Notes: generated by a model not told the origin, from the letters alone. Shown: positions 12,578 to 25,299, counted from the first letter of the whole stretch. The stretch is 63,071 nt of DNA, filler included, from Octopus bimaculoides (GCF_001194135.2; 4 parts of 4 records of this genome joined end to end with filler, not necessarily neighbours in it); one strand, 5' to 3'. A program made the numbers and translations.

Positions 12578-12745
12578 AATAACAACAATAATAATAATAA
12601 TAACAACAACAACAACAACAACAATAATAATAATAACAATAATGATAATAACAACAACAACAACAACAACAACAATGATAATAATAATAATAATGATAAT
12701 AATAATAATAATAATAATGATAATAATAATAATAATAATAATGAT
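12578..12745. repeat. (AAT/AAC)n compound microsatellite forming the 5' flank of an R4/Dong copy
   Basis: Direct read. Confidence 0.95.
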
Positions 12746-13870
12746 CATACTGAAGGCGGTAGAGGCCTTATAACTACCATAGGATTACAAAAATATCCAA
12801 TTCAGAAGCATGGAAAACTGGTACAAATAGCCACAAAACACGAGTAAAACAAAGAACTGTATTCTATCTTTAAGGAAGCTGAAATATATAAGAAGTCATA
12901 GTACCTGACAACTATGAAGAAAAAGAGGAAACAACAAAAGCTGTAAAACAACTGATATCCAAACAAGAACTGGAACAACAAAATAACCATGTTAAAACGA
13001 TGACAAGAAAAGCACTTACATGGCAAATACTGGTATAAACTAAACAGAAAAGAAATAGACAAAGCAAAATCCCAACAGTGGTTGAGAAGCCCAGGACTCA
13101 AAGCAGAGACTGAAGGATTTTTAATTGCAGCACAAGATCAAAGCCTCCCCTCCAGAAACTATCAGAAACACATAAGGAAGTAAAATACAAGTAACTGCAG
13201 AATTTGTAGTGATGGGGAAGAAATAATAAATCATATTGTCTCTGGCTGCCCAGTCCTGGTTAAGAAGGAGTATGTTCACAGACACGACAGAGTTGGGACC
13301 TAATATACTGGAAGCTATACCAACACTACGAAATGACAATAGAAAAAAGATGGTATGGCACACCTCAGAAAAGGTCTCAAAAAATGACAAAGCAACCATA
13401 CTCTTGAATATGTCAATACATATAGATCGAGAAATCAAGGCTAACAGACCGGATATAGTTGTCAGAAATAAAGAAAAAATGCTTAATAATCGATGTATCA
13501 TTCGAACAGATGGCAATGTATTTCTAAAACAAAGGGAGAAACTCTCAAAATACAATGATCTGGAAATAGAGATAACTCGAATGTGGAGCCTGAAAGCAGA
13601 AACAATCCCTACAATAATAGATGCATTAGGTATAATTAAAAAGCATACAGACAAATACATAATTAAAACACCAGGACTTACGAATATATGTAACTTACAG
13701 AAAATATCACTTCTAGGCACCGCATGCATGCTACGTAAAGCACTTCCAATACAGTGAAAATAAGAGCATCACAACAAACCACAGCACATACCCAAAGTAC
13801 ACAGGACTGTGCTCGACAGTGCAGGGAAAGCACGGGATAGAAACAAGACTACTGAATAGTAATAATAATA
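12745..13870 (+). mobile_element. R4/Dong-clade (RLE) non-LTR retrotransposon, 5'-truncated, degenerate (copy 1)
   Basis: Translated motifs: EGGRGL (thumb), HGKY, LKAETEGFLIAAQDQSLPSRNY, CCHC knuckle NCRICSDGEEIINHIVSGCP, KKEYVHRHDRVG, RLE ANRPDIVV...REKLSKYNDLEIEITRMW; about 110-bp 3'UTR ending in (TAA)3. Stops and frameshifts present. Confidence 0.92.
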
Positions 13871-13874
13871 AAAT

Positions 13875-14990
13875 ATGCACCCAATATCAGAAGAAGCAAA
13901 GAAGTATGTACAAAGATTGAGAACCATTGAGATGGAGGCGTAACTTGAAACAGAAGAACAGATTAAAAAACAAGCAAAACATAAAAACATAAGCCAAATC
14001 AAATGGAATGTCAGTGCTGCGAAATACATGGAAATGTAATGCATTGCATGCAAATACCCTACAAGGGCTAGCGACCCTGATGTAGATACAAATATGACCT
14101 GTCAATGGGCGGCAGTATCTGGACTTAAGTCGGAAACAGAAGACTTCATCATAACAGCAAAGGTTCAGTATCTGCTCACCAGAAACTATCAAACAAATAT
14201 TTTTTAAAACGGTGCTGACCCTGTCTGCTGCTTTTCTGATGTAGCCAAAGAAACAATTGACCACCTCATCTCTGGATGCTCTCAAATGAATATATTTATT
14301 GCTATGATAGACTTTGGCTAGTAGTTATACTGCATCATATGCCATAAGTTTCAGTTGATCCGATCAGTGGAACAGCCTGCTTGTGAAATTAACGTGCAAG
14401 TGGCTGAGCATTCCACAGACACGCGTGACCTTAACGTAAATCTCAGGGAGATTAAGCGTGACACAAAATGTGACAAGGCCGGCCTTTTGAAATACAGGTA
14501 CTACTCGTTTTTGCTAGCTGAGTGGACTGGAGCAACGTGAAGCAAAGTGTCTAGCTCGAGGGCACAACGCGCCGCCGTGAATCGAACTCATGGCTTTACG
14601 ATCGTGATCCGGATACCCTAAACACTAAGCGACTCACCTTTTCATGTCATAAACATGGACTCCCAAATGAGAAGAATTGGCGGGTACATAAGCCTGCAAA
14701 GTAGTAGAAAATAATGATATCATTGTTCTTTGGGACTTTAGTGTACAAATTGATCTTGCAATACAGGCTAACAGACCAGATATTGTGGTAAAATATCTCG
14801 TTGACAAAACATGTCTTCATGCATAATGAGTCATCAAAATCTTCGTCAATTCAGCTGGAGATTACACAAACGCTAGAGATTATAGAAACATATTGACTTC
14901 TAATTTTAAGGCATAAAGCCAGAATAGTTGGGGTAGTAACACAGTCGATTATATGGACATTGTTACGTGTTTGGTACGTTAATTTATCGA
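13875..14990 (+). mobile_element. second, more diverged R4/Dong-clade fragment (copy 2), interrupted by a SINE
   Basis: GLKSETEDFIITAKVQYLLTRNY, KETIDHLISGC, then after the insertion CHKHGLPNEKNWRVHKP / VVENNDIIVLWDFSVQIDLAIQANRPDIVVK. Confidence 0.85.
14348..14643 (-). mobile_element. family C head + tail-1 SINE inserted into R4 copy 2
   Basis: Minus strand: GGTGAGTCGCTTAGTGTTTAGGG...GAGTTCGATTC, central block, then tail-1 (GTCTGTGGAATGCTCAGCCACTTGCACGTTAATTTCAC...GGATCAACTG). Possible degenerate TSD ATGCCATAA/ATGTCATAA. Confidence 0.85.
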
Positions 14991-15164
14991 CATGGAAGGA
15001 TGGAATATTTCTAACAGGTTGAATGATCTCGTTGAGGTTGTCTCGTTGGTTTGTAGTGGTGGCCGTAGTGCTGGTGATCATTATGTGTTTAGTGTCAAAA
15101 GGGATGATGATGATGATGATGATGATGATGGTGACGTCGGTCATGATAGCTATTGTTGTTGCTG

Positions 15165-15345
15165 TTCAGGTCTAGGTCAACCCTGATTGAGTAAAGCAAA
15201 CGATCAAAGACATTCCAGTTGTGACCATATCGACTTTTGTCTTATGTGAAGAGGACATATCATCTATTTTTATCCAATTCTAGAAAGGAGAGTATGAATT
15301 GAGGGTGAATGGGCACTTATTTCGTAGGTGCTGTTTCGTTGGCTC
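15165..15345. repeat. family F repeat copy
   Basis: CAGGTCTAGGTCAACCCTGATTGAG...CATTCCAGTTGTGACCAT...GAATTGAGGGTGAATGGGCACTTATTTCGTAGG is collinear with 18585-18780. Confidence 0.55.
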
Positions 15346-15466
15346 GAAAAGTAAGAAAGAGGTGAGGTGAGAAAGAGCTGACGGTGTAAAGAAAAAAAAA
15401 AATTGCTTAATTAGCAAAGGAAGAGTGAAGGATTAAGAAGGGAGATAAGAAGGGATTAGAATGATA

Positions 15467-15499
<33 letters not shown>

Positions 15500-15896
15500 N
15501 NNNNNNNNNNNNNNNNNNNNNNNNNNNNNNNNNNNNNNNNNNNNNNNNNNNNNNNNNNNNNNNNNNNNNNNNNNNNNNNNNNNNNNNNNNNNNNNNNNNN
15601 NNNNNNNNNNNNNNNNNNNNNNNNNNNNNNNNNNNNNNNNNNNNNNNNNNNNNNNNNNNNNNNNNNNNNNNNNNNNNNNNNNNNNNNNNNNNNNNNNNNN
15701 NNNNNNNNNNNNNNNNNNNNNNNNNNNNNNNNNNNNNNNNNNNNNNNNNNNNNNNNNNNNNNNNNNNNNNNNNNNNNNNNNNNNNNNNNNNNNNNNNNNN
15801 NNNNNNNNNNNNNNNNNNNNNNNNNNNNNNNNNNNNNNNNNNNNNNNNNNNNNNNNNNNNNNNNNNNNNNNNNNNNNNNNNNNNNNNNNNNNNNNN

Positions 15897-15898
15897 AG

Positions 15899-15965
<67 letters not shown>

Positions 15966-16159
15966 AGCGAGTGAGATAGAGAGGGAGAGAGAAATAAAGA
16001 GAGAAAGGAAGACATAGAGGGCAGATAAAGATAGAAAGGCAGATTGATAGCTTGATAGACAAATAAATAGAGACAGAGCGGAAGACAAGAAAGACAGAAA
16101 GGGAGAGAGAAAGAGAGAAAGAGAGAAAAAGAGAAGGAAAGAAGGGAGGGAAAGAAGAT

Positions 16160-16215
<56 letters not shown>

Positions 16216-16255
16216 NNNNNNNNNNGAGAGAGAGAGAGAGAGAGAAAAAGAAAAT
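15897..16255. repeat. (GATA)n/(GA)n polypurine tract
   Basis: Direct read. Confidence 0.95.
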
Positions 16256-17124
16256 GAATATGGGGCGGGAGAGAGTGTGAAGGGAGTAAATGAGAAGAGT
16301 TATATTTTTATGTTTGTCATTCAAAGCTATTGAATCCCATTTTATAAGATGAGCGAAACGTTTACCGGGAAAGATCATCAACAACAGCTGGTCTACTCAC
16401 TGTTTCCGCCATGACAATTTATGCCGCATGAAGCACACGAATCGGCGGCCATACTGGTGAACCTGGCGAAATTAATGTTTGTTTGTGTGTGCAGAAGAAG
16501 TCAAACTATGAATGTTCGCTAGTCTCCCTCTGTCTGTCTGCTTGTCTGTCTGTGTGCATGCTTCTGTGTGTGTATATATATATATGTTTGTGTGTATATA
16601 TATGTATTATGTAAATATATGTGTGCATGTGCGTATGTTTTTGCATGTATATGTGAATGTATGAACGTAGGTATGTACGCATGCATGTGTGTTTGTATGC
16701 ATGTATACACATAAAGNNNNNNNNNNNNNNNNNNNNNNNNNNNNNNNNNNNNNNNNNNNNNNNNNNNNNNNNNNNNNNNNNNNNNNNNNNNNNNNNNNNN
16801 NNNNNNNNNNNNNNNNNNNNNNNNNNNNNNNNNNNNNNNNNNNNNNNNNNNNNNNNNNNNNNNNNNNNNNNNNNNNNNNNNNNNNNNNNNNNNNNNNNNN
16901 NNNNNNNNNNNNNNNNNNNNNNNNNNNNNNNNNNNNNNNNNNNNNNNNNNNNNNNNNNNNNNNNNNNNNNNNNNNNNNNNNNNNNNNNNNNNNNNNNNNN
17001 NNNNNNNNNNNNNNNNNNNNNNNNNNNNNNNNNNNNNNNNNNNNNNNNNNNNNNNNNNNNNNNNNNNNNNNNNNNNNNNNNNNNNNNACACACACATATA
17101 TATATATATATATATGAATGTATA

Positions 17125-17185
<61 letters not shown>

Positions 17186-17915
17186 CCAAGAGCACATACA
17201 TATACACACATACAAACACATATTTATATTCATACACACGTATGTTTATGTATGTCTGTGTGCGCGCGTACATGTGTGTGTGTGCATGTGTGTGTATATA
17301 AACGTGTGGATGTGTGTGTGTGTGTAAATGGAAGGTACTTATTCGTGACTGTGTGACAAAGTTGGTATGAATATCTGAATGTGTAAGATTTGTGTAAGCC
17401 TGTGAACTTGTATGCGTATTAGCGTATGATTGTGCGTGTTAGTACCTTACGAGTAAAGGGTGTTAGTGTGTGTTTTTGACAGGTTGTATGTATATGTATG
17501 CATTTATGTGTCAGTGTATTACTTTATCACTTTGTATGTGTGTGTGTGAAAGAGAGGCAAAAAGAGAGAGAGCGAGAGGGATGGCAGAAAGGGTGGAGGT
17601 AGGGGTATGTCGGTACCGAAATGCTTTAAGAGAAGAGAGGCCTGCGATTCTTCGGAAAGAGCTGCCCCAATAAATGCAGGGGTCTGTATATTACAGAAGA
17701 TCATTGCCGTGTCAGCGCTGTGCCGCCAGCTGGCGTTGAAGTCGCTTCAGTATTGATCCACCGCAGTGGCAGCCATCATGAGGTAATTGAAAACAGTATA
17801 TTGCTAAAAAAACAACAGACAAAAAAAAAATCACTGACACACACATTGTGTATGTATATATATATAATGTACACGTATACATGGGCGTCCGCATGTGTAT
17901 ATACACAAACATGCG

Positions 17916-17987
<72 letters not shown>

Positions 17988-18120
17988 CCACGACACGTGC
18001 ATACATACACACATACACACACACGCGTACATAAGGGAGGTGAGAAGAAAGCAGCAGAAAGTGGTACTGAGGAAGATTAAGAAAGAGTGAGAGGAGGAGA
18101 GAGATAGAGAGTAAGATGAA

Positions 18121-18151
<31 letters not shown>

Positions 18152-18332
18152 NNNNNNNNNNNNNNNNNNNNNNNNNNNNNNNNNNNNNNNNNNNNNNNNN
18201 NNNNNNNNNNNNNNNNNNNNNNNNNNNNNNNNNNNNNNNNNNNNNNNNNNNNNNNNNNNNNNNNNNNNNNNNNNNNNNNNNNNNNNNNNNNNNNNNNNNN
18301 NNNNNNNNNNNNNNNNNNNNNNNNNNNNNNNN

Positions 18333-18388
<56 letters not shown>

Positions 18389-18584
18389 AGAGAGAGAAAT
18401 GGAGAGAAGAGATAGAAAGGGAAGAGACAGAGGAGAGACAGAAAAACCGATGTATTTAAGGAACTGGAAACGATAGAAGAGCTGGGGTGGCAAAAAACAA
18501 CAAAAACTCGTAAATGAGAAGTAAAAGAAATAAAACATAATTAATTGTTAATTGAGTAACAATATGCTGTGGTTGTCATATTAT

Positions 18585-18780
18585 TTTGTTGTTTAGCTCT
18601 AGGTTTGACCAGATCGAGACGTCCTCTGATCGGGGCATTCCAGTTGTATTATAAGGCGATGCGAGACGAGTTTGTCCATCGTGTTCTTTTCTTTTTAAAA
18701 AAGCGATTCGTATGTGATTTGAGGAAGATATATCTGTCATTTGTAGCACGTCAAACGACCACGTAGAGGCTTCCTCGTTA
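18585..18780. repeat. family F repeat copy
   Basis: GTTTAGCTCTAGGTTTGACCAGATCGAG...GGCATTCCAGTTG...GTGATTTGAGGAAGAT...CGACCACGTAGAGGCTTCCTCG. Confidence 0.6.
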
Positions 18781-19368
18781 AGACTGTTCATGTCATTGTT
18801 GTTGTATTTTTAGAAGCAGGTCATTTTCAGTCATGATCAAGGTCTATGATTAATGTCATCCGAATTTACCCTTCAGTTCTGTTAGGCTGGTAGAATGTGA
18901 TTTCAACAGCATTTAGCAGCTCGTTTTAGTATATTGAGCGACTATGTAGAGGTTCACACGTTGGTTCACCATAATTTGTTTCGCTATTTACTTAACCCAG
19001 TATCTGAGCTCGAATCCAAATATACCCCTTCTCGCGTTTCTTCCTTATGAGGATTGATACAATGAAATAAACCAGGACCCTGGTATGTATTTAGTTTCAC
19101 GCAATTATATCGTCCCCTACTACGAATAAAGAACATCTTCTAGATATAGGGATTGGCGGGGAATGTTGAAACAAGCTGTCCTGAACCGAATACAGGTTAC
19201 CTTGTAATAAGGCGTAGTAGCTGACAACCACCTAGCATTGGGTTACAGGTGAAACCCAAGAGAAACAGTATGGCAGATGAACAGTCTTGGCGGTTGTCAT
19301 TCATTGACCAACAGGAACATTTACATCAAATTGAGCAGAAAAAACACCGTAAAGTTAATAGTTTAGAT

Positions 19369-19644
19369 CAGGGGTTTTCAAACATTTATATTTCAGGCTT
19401 TACCTTAGGGACCCCCTTATAAACGCTTATGAAATTTATACATAAATATTTGCTTAAAATAACATATATTTTTACATTTATTTATTTAACAGTATTTAAC
19501 AAATAGGTTTATTGTCAATTAAAAGATTTCGATTAAAAAACATATAAAATCAAATTGCCCATAAAAAGTATTTGCTGTCCACGGACCCCTGTCTTGTCCT
19601 TGTGGACCCCCTGTGATCCGCGGACCACAGTTTGAAAACCCCTG
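19369..19644. mobile_element. hAT-superfamily MITE, 276 bp
   Basis: Perfect 15-bp TIRs CAGGGGTTTTCAAAC / GTTTGAAAACCCCTG and perfect 8-bp TSD GTTTAGAT (19361-19368, 19645-19652). 8-bp TSD with CAGGGG ends is diagnostic of hAT elements. Confidence 0.93.
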
Positions 19645-19792
19645 GTTTAGATAATCAGGTTCCTGGGGTGTGTTACTACTAACATTTATTGACTCAACAA
19701 CTACAAACGTTATCCAGACAGCGAATGATTAGAATGGATCATTTTAAAATCAGTCTTCATCCCTCATTGTTTATAGAACCAATATCCAAGGA

Positions 19793-20190
19793 ACCGTTCT
19801 GCTGTGACACTGTATATTGCATAACTTCTGCAGTGGTCACCGGGTATGGCCCAGCGTTCTTCTCTGTGCACCGGCCATGGTCTGGCGTTCTGCTACGGGC
19901 ACCGACTATAGTCTAGCCTTCTGCTGTAGATATTGGTTCTGGCCCAGCGTCCTGCCGTGGATACCAACTACGACCCAGTCTTTTGCAGTAAGCAGCTGCT
20001 TTGACCTAGCGTTCTGCTGTGGACACTGGCTACGACTCAGCTTTCTGCTATGGACACTAGCTATAATCGAGCGACCGGCTGTGGACAATGGCTATGACTT
20101 AGCTTTCTGCTGGGACATCGGCTATGGCCTAGTTTTCTGCTGTATACATCGATTAAGGTTCAGCGTTCTGCTGTGGACTGGTCATGGCTA
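19793..20190. repeat. diverged 31-bp minisatellite, about 13 units
   Basis: Unit consensus about AGCGTTCTGCTGTGGACACTGGCTATGACCT; unit starts at 19853, 19884, 19915, 19946, 19977, 20008, 20039, 20070, 20101, 20131 and 20162. Confidence 0.9.
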
Positions 20191-20546
20191 GAACACTAGT
20201 CAAGCGTCCAGAATATCGGCTTCAGAACCAAACTAAAAGCCCTTTATTATTAAACTCGAACAAACTCGGCTACATAAATGCCAATGTAAAGTGCGAATAT
20301 TTATATCATTCATAATATTTATGCAATGGAAACGATGGTTATCCTGCCGCACCAGTGTACTTTACTCCTCCGTCTATCTCTTACTCTTTCTTTGATTCTG
20401 AAGCATTTTTTGCTGGTTGTTTTTATCTTACTCATTTTCGTTTGTTGTTATTATGTGAGCATATGTGTTAAATGTAATATGCTTACACTCTTTAATACAA
20501 ATATACAACACAAAACACAAACACACGCACATTAGCTGGCGCGCGT

Positions 20547-20592
<46 letters not shown>

Positions 20593-20659
20593 GCCTATAC
20601 GAAAAATTTATGCAACGTATTGAACATGGTTGGCAGGAGGATAAACAAATAACGACAGT

Positions 20660-20706
20660 GACAATAATAATAATAATAATAATAANNNNNNNNNNACGAC
20701 AGTGAC

Positions 20707-20780
<74 letters not shown>

Positions 20781-20985
20781 TAATAATAATAATGATAATA
20801 ATAAACAGCAAGAAGAGTAACAGTGACAATATAAGGAGTAGAAAAAAAATAAAGCATCAATAACAATGAAGATAATGATGATTATGGTGATGATGGTGGT
20901 GGTGGTAGTCGTAGTAGGGATGATGATGATGATGCTGGTGATGATGATGACGATAACAACGACGACGACGATGATGGTGGTAATG
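20660..20985. repeat. (AAT)n then (GAT/GGT)n trinucleotide mosaic
   Basis: Direct read. Confidence 0.9.
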
Positions 20986-21989
20986 ATGATGACAATATAT
21001 CAGGAAAACGAAAACTGGAGAATAACGGGTGAAAAAAAAAACAAAAAAATGCTCCTATAAAAAAAACCGTCATAAGTAGAAAGAAGAAGAAAAAAAACGC
21101 TATAAAAATCAAATGTGATGAAGAAATCAAGAAAAGAAAACAAACTCATTCTGTCTTACAATTAATCTCCACCTCTTCTGCAAGAGAGTAAGCTGGAAGT
21201 ATTATGAAGTTTTCATTTGTGTATTAGCATGAATTATGTGTTAGCTGTCACACAGACATTGCTGAAAGAGTCAGCGAAAGAAAGGACCAGAGAAAGAAGA
21301 AGAAGAAGAAGAAAAATTACGTCACCTCATTTAACGACATTTTTATTTTCTGCACTTTATTTTTTTTACGGAACAATGCAGTTAGAGAACAAGATGGAAT
21401 AAATAGTGTCCTATTGCAAATGACGCAGCACTAGAGCTCTACTTATAGCACCAACTGTATATTCAGTCAATCCAGCGTTTGTATCGTCTGCCCAGAAATA
21501 ATGTGGACATATGCAAACAGGCTGAGGTCAGGCTGTGGTAGAATGGCGGCTAACTTTACATTGACGTAGATACCGTGAGTCTCCAATTTTCCTAGAATGA
21601 GAGCTATCCTCCATGCTACATGTCTGTCCGTGCTGCACTCTCTAGGGTTGGAGTTGTTGATATGGGACACATCATGAAGCTAGTGGGGCATAAATCAATT
21701 AGATTTCGAGTATAAATTTGATGGGAGAAAAACTGTATTAAATAACAATAACAACAACATCAACGAACTCAAAGTGTATCATCAACGGGCTTTTAACAAA
21801 GGAATCCACAGAACAGACAGAGAAGCCTTCTACGTGATCACTCCACTTGATAAAAAAACGTAATAATTATATTTCTTTGAAATCACAAAACTTAAAAAGG
21901 CTAGGAAATATTTGATAATGTACTACTGAAAATACAATGTTTAAATAAAAGATGGGAAACAAACAGGATCAACGTAAAAAAAAAAGTGT

Positions 21990-22330
21990 TAACATTCTAG
22001 TGCAACACATACACAGTCTCACATAACTTGAATCATAGACCAGGACAATAATCAAGACAGATCTTTATATTTTTTTTGGCTACGTTCACAATGTGCTTAT
22101 TGTATAACAACAACAAAACTTAAATCCAAGTACATTACAGAAAAGATACATAGTAACAACAAAAGAAAAACGCAACAAATGTGAAAGCGTAGAGTCAATA
22201 ATGTCATTTGCATCAAACACTACATGAATACACATGACTAGGTGTAAGTGAACATTTACAACAGTCTTTGCTTTTGAATTATGCCTACTTTCTCTACAGG
22301 TATCATCACAATCTGCAACATACAAAAACA
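21990..22330 (+). mobile_element. possible very degenerate R4-clade remnant
   Basis: Translation KHYMNTHD*V*VNIYNSLC resembles the KEYxxRHDxVxxxIYWxLC segment; preceded by a CESVESI knuckle-like segment. Confidence 0.3.
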
Positions 22331-22613
22331 TGCTATGTAGTAGGGAAAATAGCACATACTCACCTGTCTACACTGCACTCCATGCAATTCATTACTGTAT
22401 ATCGGAGCACAGAGCGTGGTCCTCAACTAGATAAATGCACAGTATGTCTAGAATTGCTATTTAAAATGGAACTAGACACTTGTTACTGCACATAACAATT
22501 ACATAACAGTGATGCAAAAAACAAAGCTACAGCCCCAGAACAGAGTCGCTCAAATATTTGAATATACACTGATAAGAAATCACGCGTAAACGGCTCCTTT
22601 CCCCAGAAAAAGA

Positions 22614-22730
22614 AAGATTTGACTGCTATTTCTTGCACACCCTGCTACCACGTAACAGGTATTTCGGGTCCTTTATCGCAAATAGCAGTTACGTGGTAGC
22701 AAGGCGTGCTAGAAATAGCAGCCAAATCTT
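22614..22730. repeat. imperfect 117-bp fold-back made of two inverted family F segments
   Basis: AAGATTTGACTGCTATTTCTTGCACACCCTGCTACCACGTAAC... versus ...GTTACGTGGTAGCAAGGCGTGCTAGAAATAGCAGCCAAATCTT; about 52-bp arms with 6 mismatches and 1 indel. Confidence 0.85.
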
Positions 22731-23416
22731 AGGCGGTGAGATACGTTGAATGTACCCGAAAAATCCTATAGAAAAATATTTCACACTGAGGTTACGAACG
22801 GGTCTTTTACGAAATATTTACCGTATTTTTAAAGTCATATTCACTTTAAAATATTTTTGAAATATAGCAAAAAAAAATTTTTGTAATGATACTCAGTTGA
22901 AAATAATTTTAAAAAGCTTTAAAATATTGTCTGTTTAAAGAAAGTTAAACTATAAATACTTACTGTACATTTTTGAAATCACATTCACTTAAAAATATTT
23001 CTAAATGATTATAATATTGTGTTCAACAAAAGCGAAAATAGAAACATTTATTGTAAAAAAACAAATCATATTTTTTTGTTGTCAAATCACTGTCTAATCG
23101 AAAGGTTAGAGTTACTTCCCTTTGAGGATGAAGTTATATTCGGAACATTTTCCCATTATGTACCGTTTTGGGTATTTATACCCTCAAACCCTGAATATCT
23201 CAGTAACTACTGCTCCGATTTATGCAAACCTTTTTTTTTCCTCCACTCGTATTAACATTTCAGGGTAAACTTAATTCGTAGTATTTTCCCATTATGCACC
23301 AGTTTGGCTGGGTAACATTGCAAGCAAGTAAGATTCAAACTGACTTTTAATGTATTATCGATATTGCTTGTATGTATATATATATGTATATATATGTATA
23401 TGTATGTATGTATGTA

Positions 23417-23474
<58 letters not shown>

Positions 23475-23487
23475 NNNNNNNNNNNNN

Positions 23488-23541
<54 letters not shown>

Positions 23542-23636
23542 ATAACTCTCCAATCTTATTATTTTTTAATTGTTTAATGATATATATATATATATATATG
23601 GACATGTATACATGTATGCGTGCATGTGTATGGATG

Positions 23637-23678
<42 letters not shown>

Positions 23679-23899
23679 TATGCATGTATGTGTATGCTTG
23701 TATATGTTCGCATATGTATGTGTGTATGCGTATATCTGTGGGTGCGCGCACACACATATATATATGCATATATGTGTACGGTTTTAAGTACATCAGTATG
23801 CGGGCCTATATAATAGTGCATATACATACGTATATCTATGTGTGTGCGCGCGTGCGTATATCAATATACACTTCTTTCTCTCTCTGGTTCCTCATCCCC

Positions 23900-24290
23900 C
23901 ACTAACACATTAGCCCGTACTATAAACACTTCTGTCTATTTTTAAAAACTTGACCGTTATACCCTATTATTTTTCCTTCCTTTTTGAGGTTTACTACACA
24001 CTTTAGAAACTCCCCTGTACCATTTTCTGTACCCATCCCTCCATCTTAGTGTCTTTCGAATATATTACCCCACCTCCAAATTCTTATCTCTTCCTATCCC
24101 TTTCCTACTCCTCTCCCATCCTCCTCATAATATTTTGACCACCAACTAACACTCCTTTCTTCGTTTTCTCTTCCTCTTTCTTTCTTTCTTTCTTTCTTTC
24201 TTCTTCTTCTTTCCTCACCTATTTCTTTTGACCATTCTCCTCATTTTAACGTACACATCTTTTCTCTTCCCTATCTACTTAATACTACCA
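23900..24290. repeat. polypyrimidine low-complexity tract
   Basis: C/T-rich sequence with (CTTT)n and (CTT)n at about 24170-24215. Confidence 0.7.
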
Positions 24291-24965
24291 CTGCATTCTG
24301 AAAATTTAATTCACACTACACGATCTCTTTAAATGAACAGCACATGGAATCTTCGTCTTCACACTTTCCATTTGTAATGACAAAATATGAACTCCTATCG
24401 GAATTTACATATCATGCACAAGAAGCATTTCTGCCACTTCTACACACCACTTACCTTGGATAGTGGAACTACAACTATAACATGCTACATATATTTTTAT
24501 TTCTACTTTTATTCTCTTATTTGCATTTATACTTCTTATTTCTATCCTTTTTCAAAATAACTCCTTATATTGAACTCTACTATTTCTCTCAATGGAATCA
24601 TCTCACATCGTCTCTGATATTCCTGACATCCCAGAAACAGTTGTAACTTTCTCTTTATAAATGTCCTGAAAATTCCACACAACCATGGCTTTGTTGTCTC
24701 ATTTTATTTAACACACACACACACTCACACGCACACAAACACTTACAAAAGATGAAAATTTAGTCAGGTGTTAAATATATGTATATATATGCATGTGTAT
24801 ACGTCTATGTATAACTTAATATGATCTGAATAATGGTCAAGTTTCTAAAAATAGCCAGGGGTGTTTATTGTACTGGCTAATGTGATAGTGGGGGCTGAGG
24901 AATCAGAAAAGTCACTTTTTACTTGATATACTAGTGGAATCCGTAAATACCCGCAGTAGTCATAC

Positions 24966-25200
24966 AAAAAATTATAATACAAGAAAATGGAATGAACAGT
25001 CTTTAATCCAAATCACTACAAGCGTTTCGGCTCATCAGTATCAGCTGGTAATTGCTGAGCGTTTCACATATTATACACACTTTTTGCATTAATATGTGGA
25101 AAAATGTGAACCACACAGCAATTAAAATATTGATGTTAATGCACAGAAACAATTGTGATTTGGATTAAAGCCCGTTCATTCCATCTTATATTGTAATTTT
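24966..25200. repeat. inverted duplication of a short element with hammerhead-like remnants
   Basis: 24987-25016 is the reverse complement of 25155-25184 (28/30 identity). Minus strand at 25021-25038 reads CTGATGAGCCGAAACGCT. Confidence 0.7.
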
Positions 25201-25299
25201 TCTTATATCTATGTATGTGTATGTATGTTTGTGAATGAGTGAGTGTGTGAGGGTGTGTGGTGTGGTGTATGTGCGTGTGTGTGTGTGTGTATGCGTGAA

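Noticed and set aside
15407-17356. Long ORFs of 140-325 aa, and similar ones at 25235, 51839, 58151 and 61610
   Set aside because: Length comes from N runs translated as X plus dinucleotide repeats.
19793-20190. CRISPR-like appearance and 124-aa ORF 19817..20191
   Set aside because: Contiguous tandem units without unique spacers in eukaryotic DNA; a 31-bp period is incompatible with a protein repeat.
21467-21690. Possible mariner catalytic remnant (LHD...HVA...LPQPDLS)
   Set aside because: Similarity to LHDNARPH...HPPYSPDL is too weak and gapped to call by eye.
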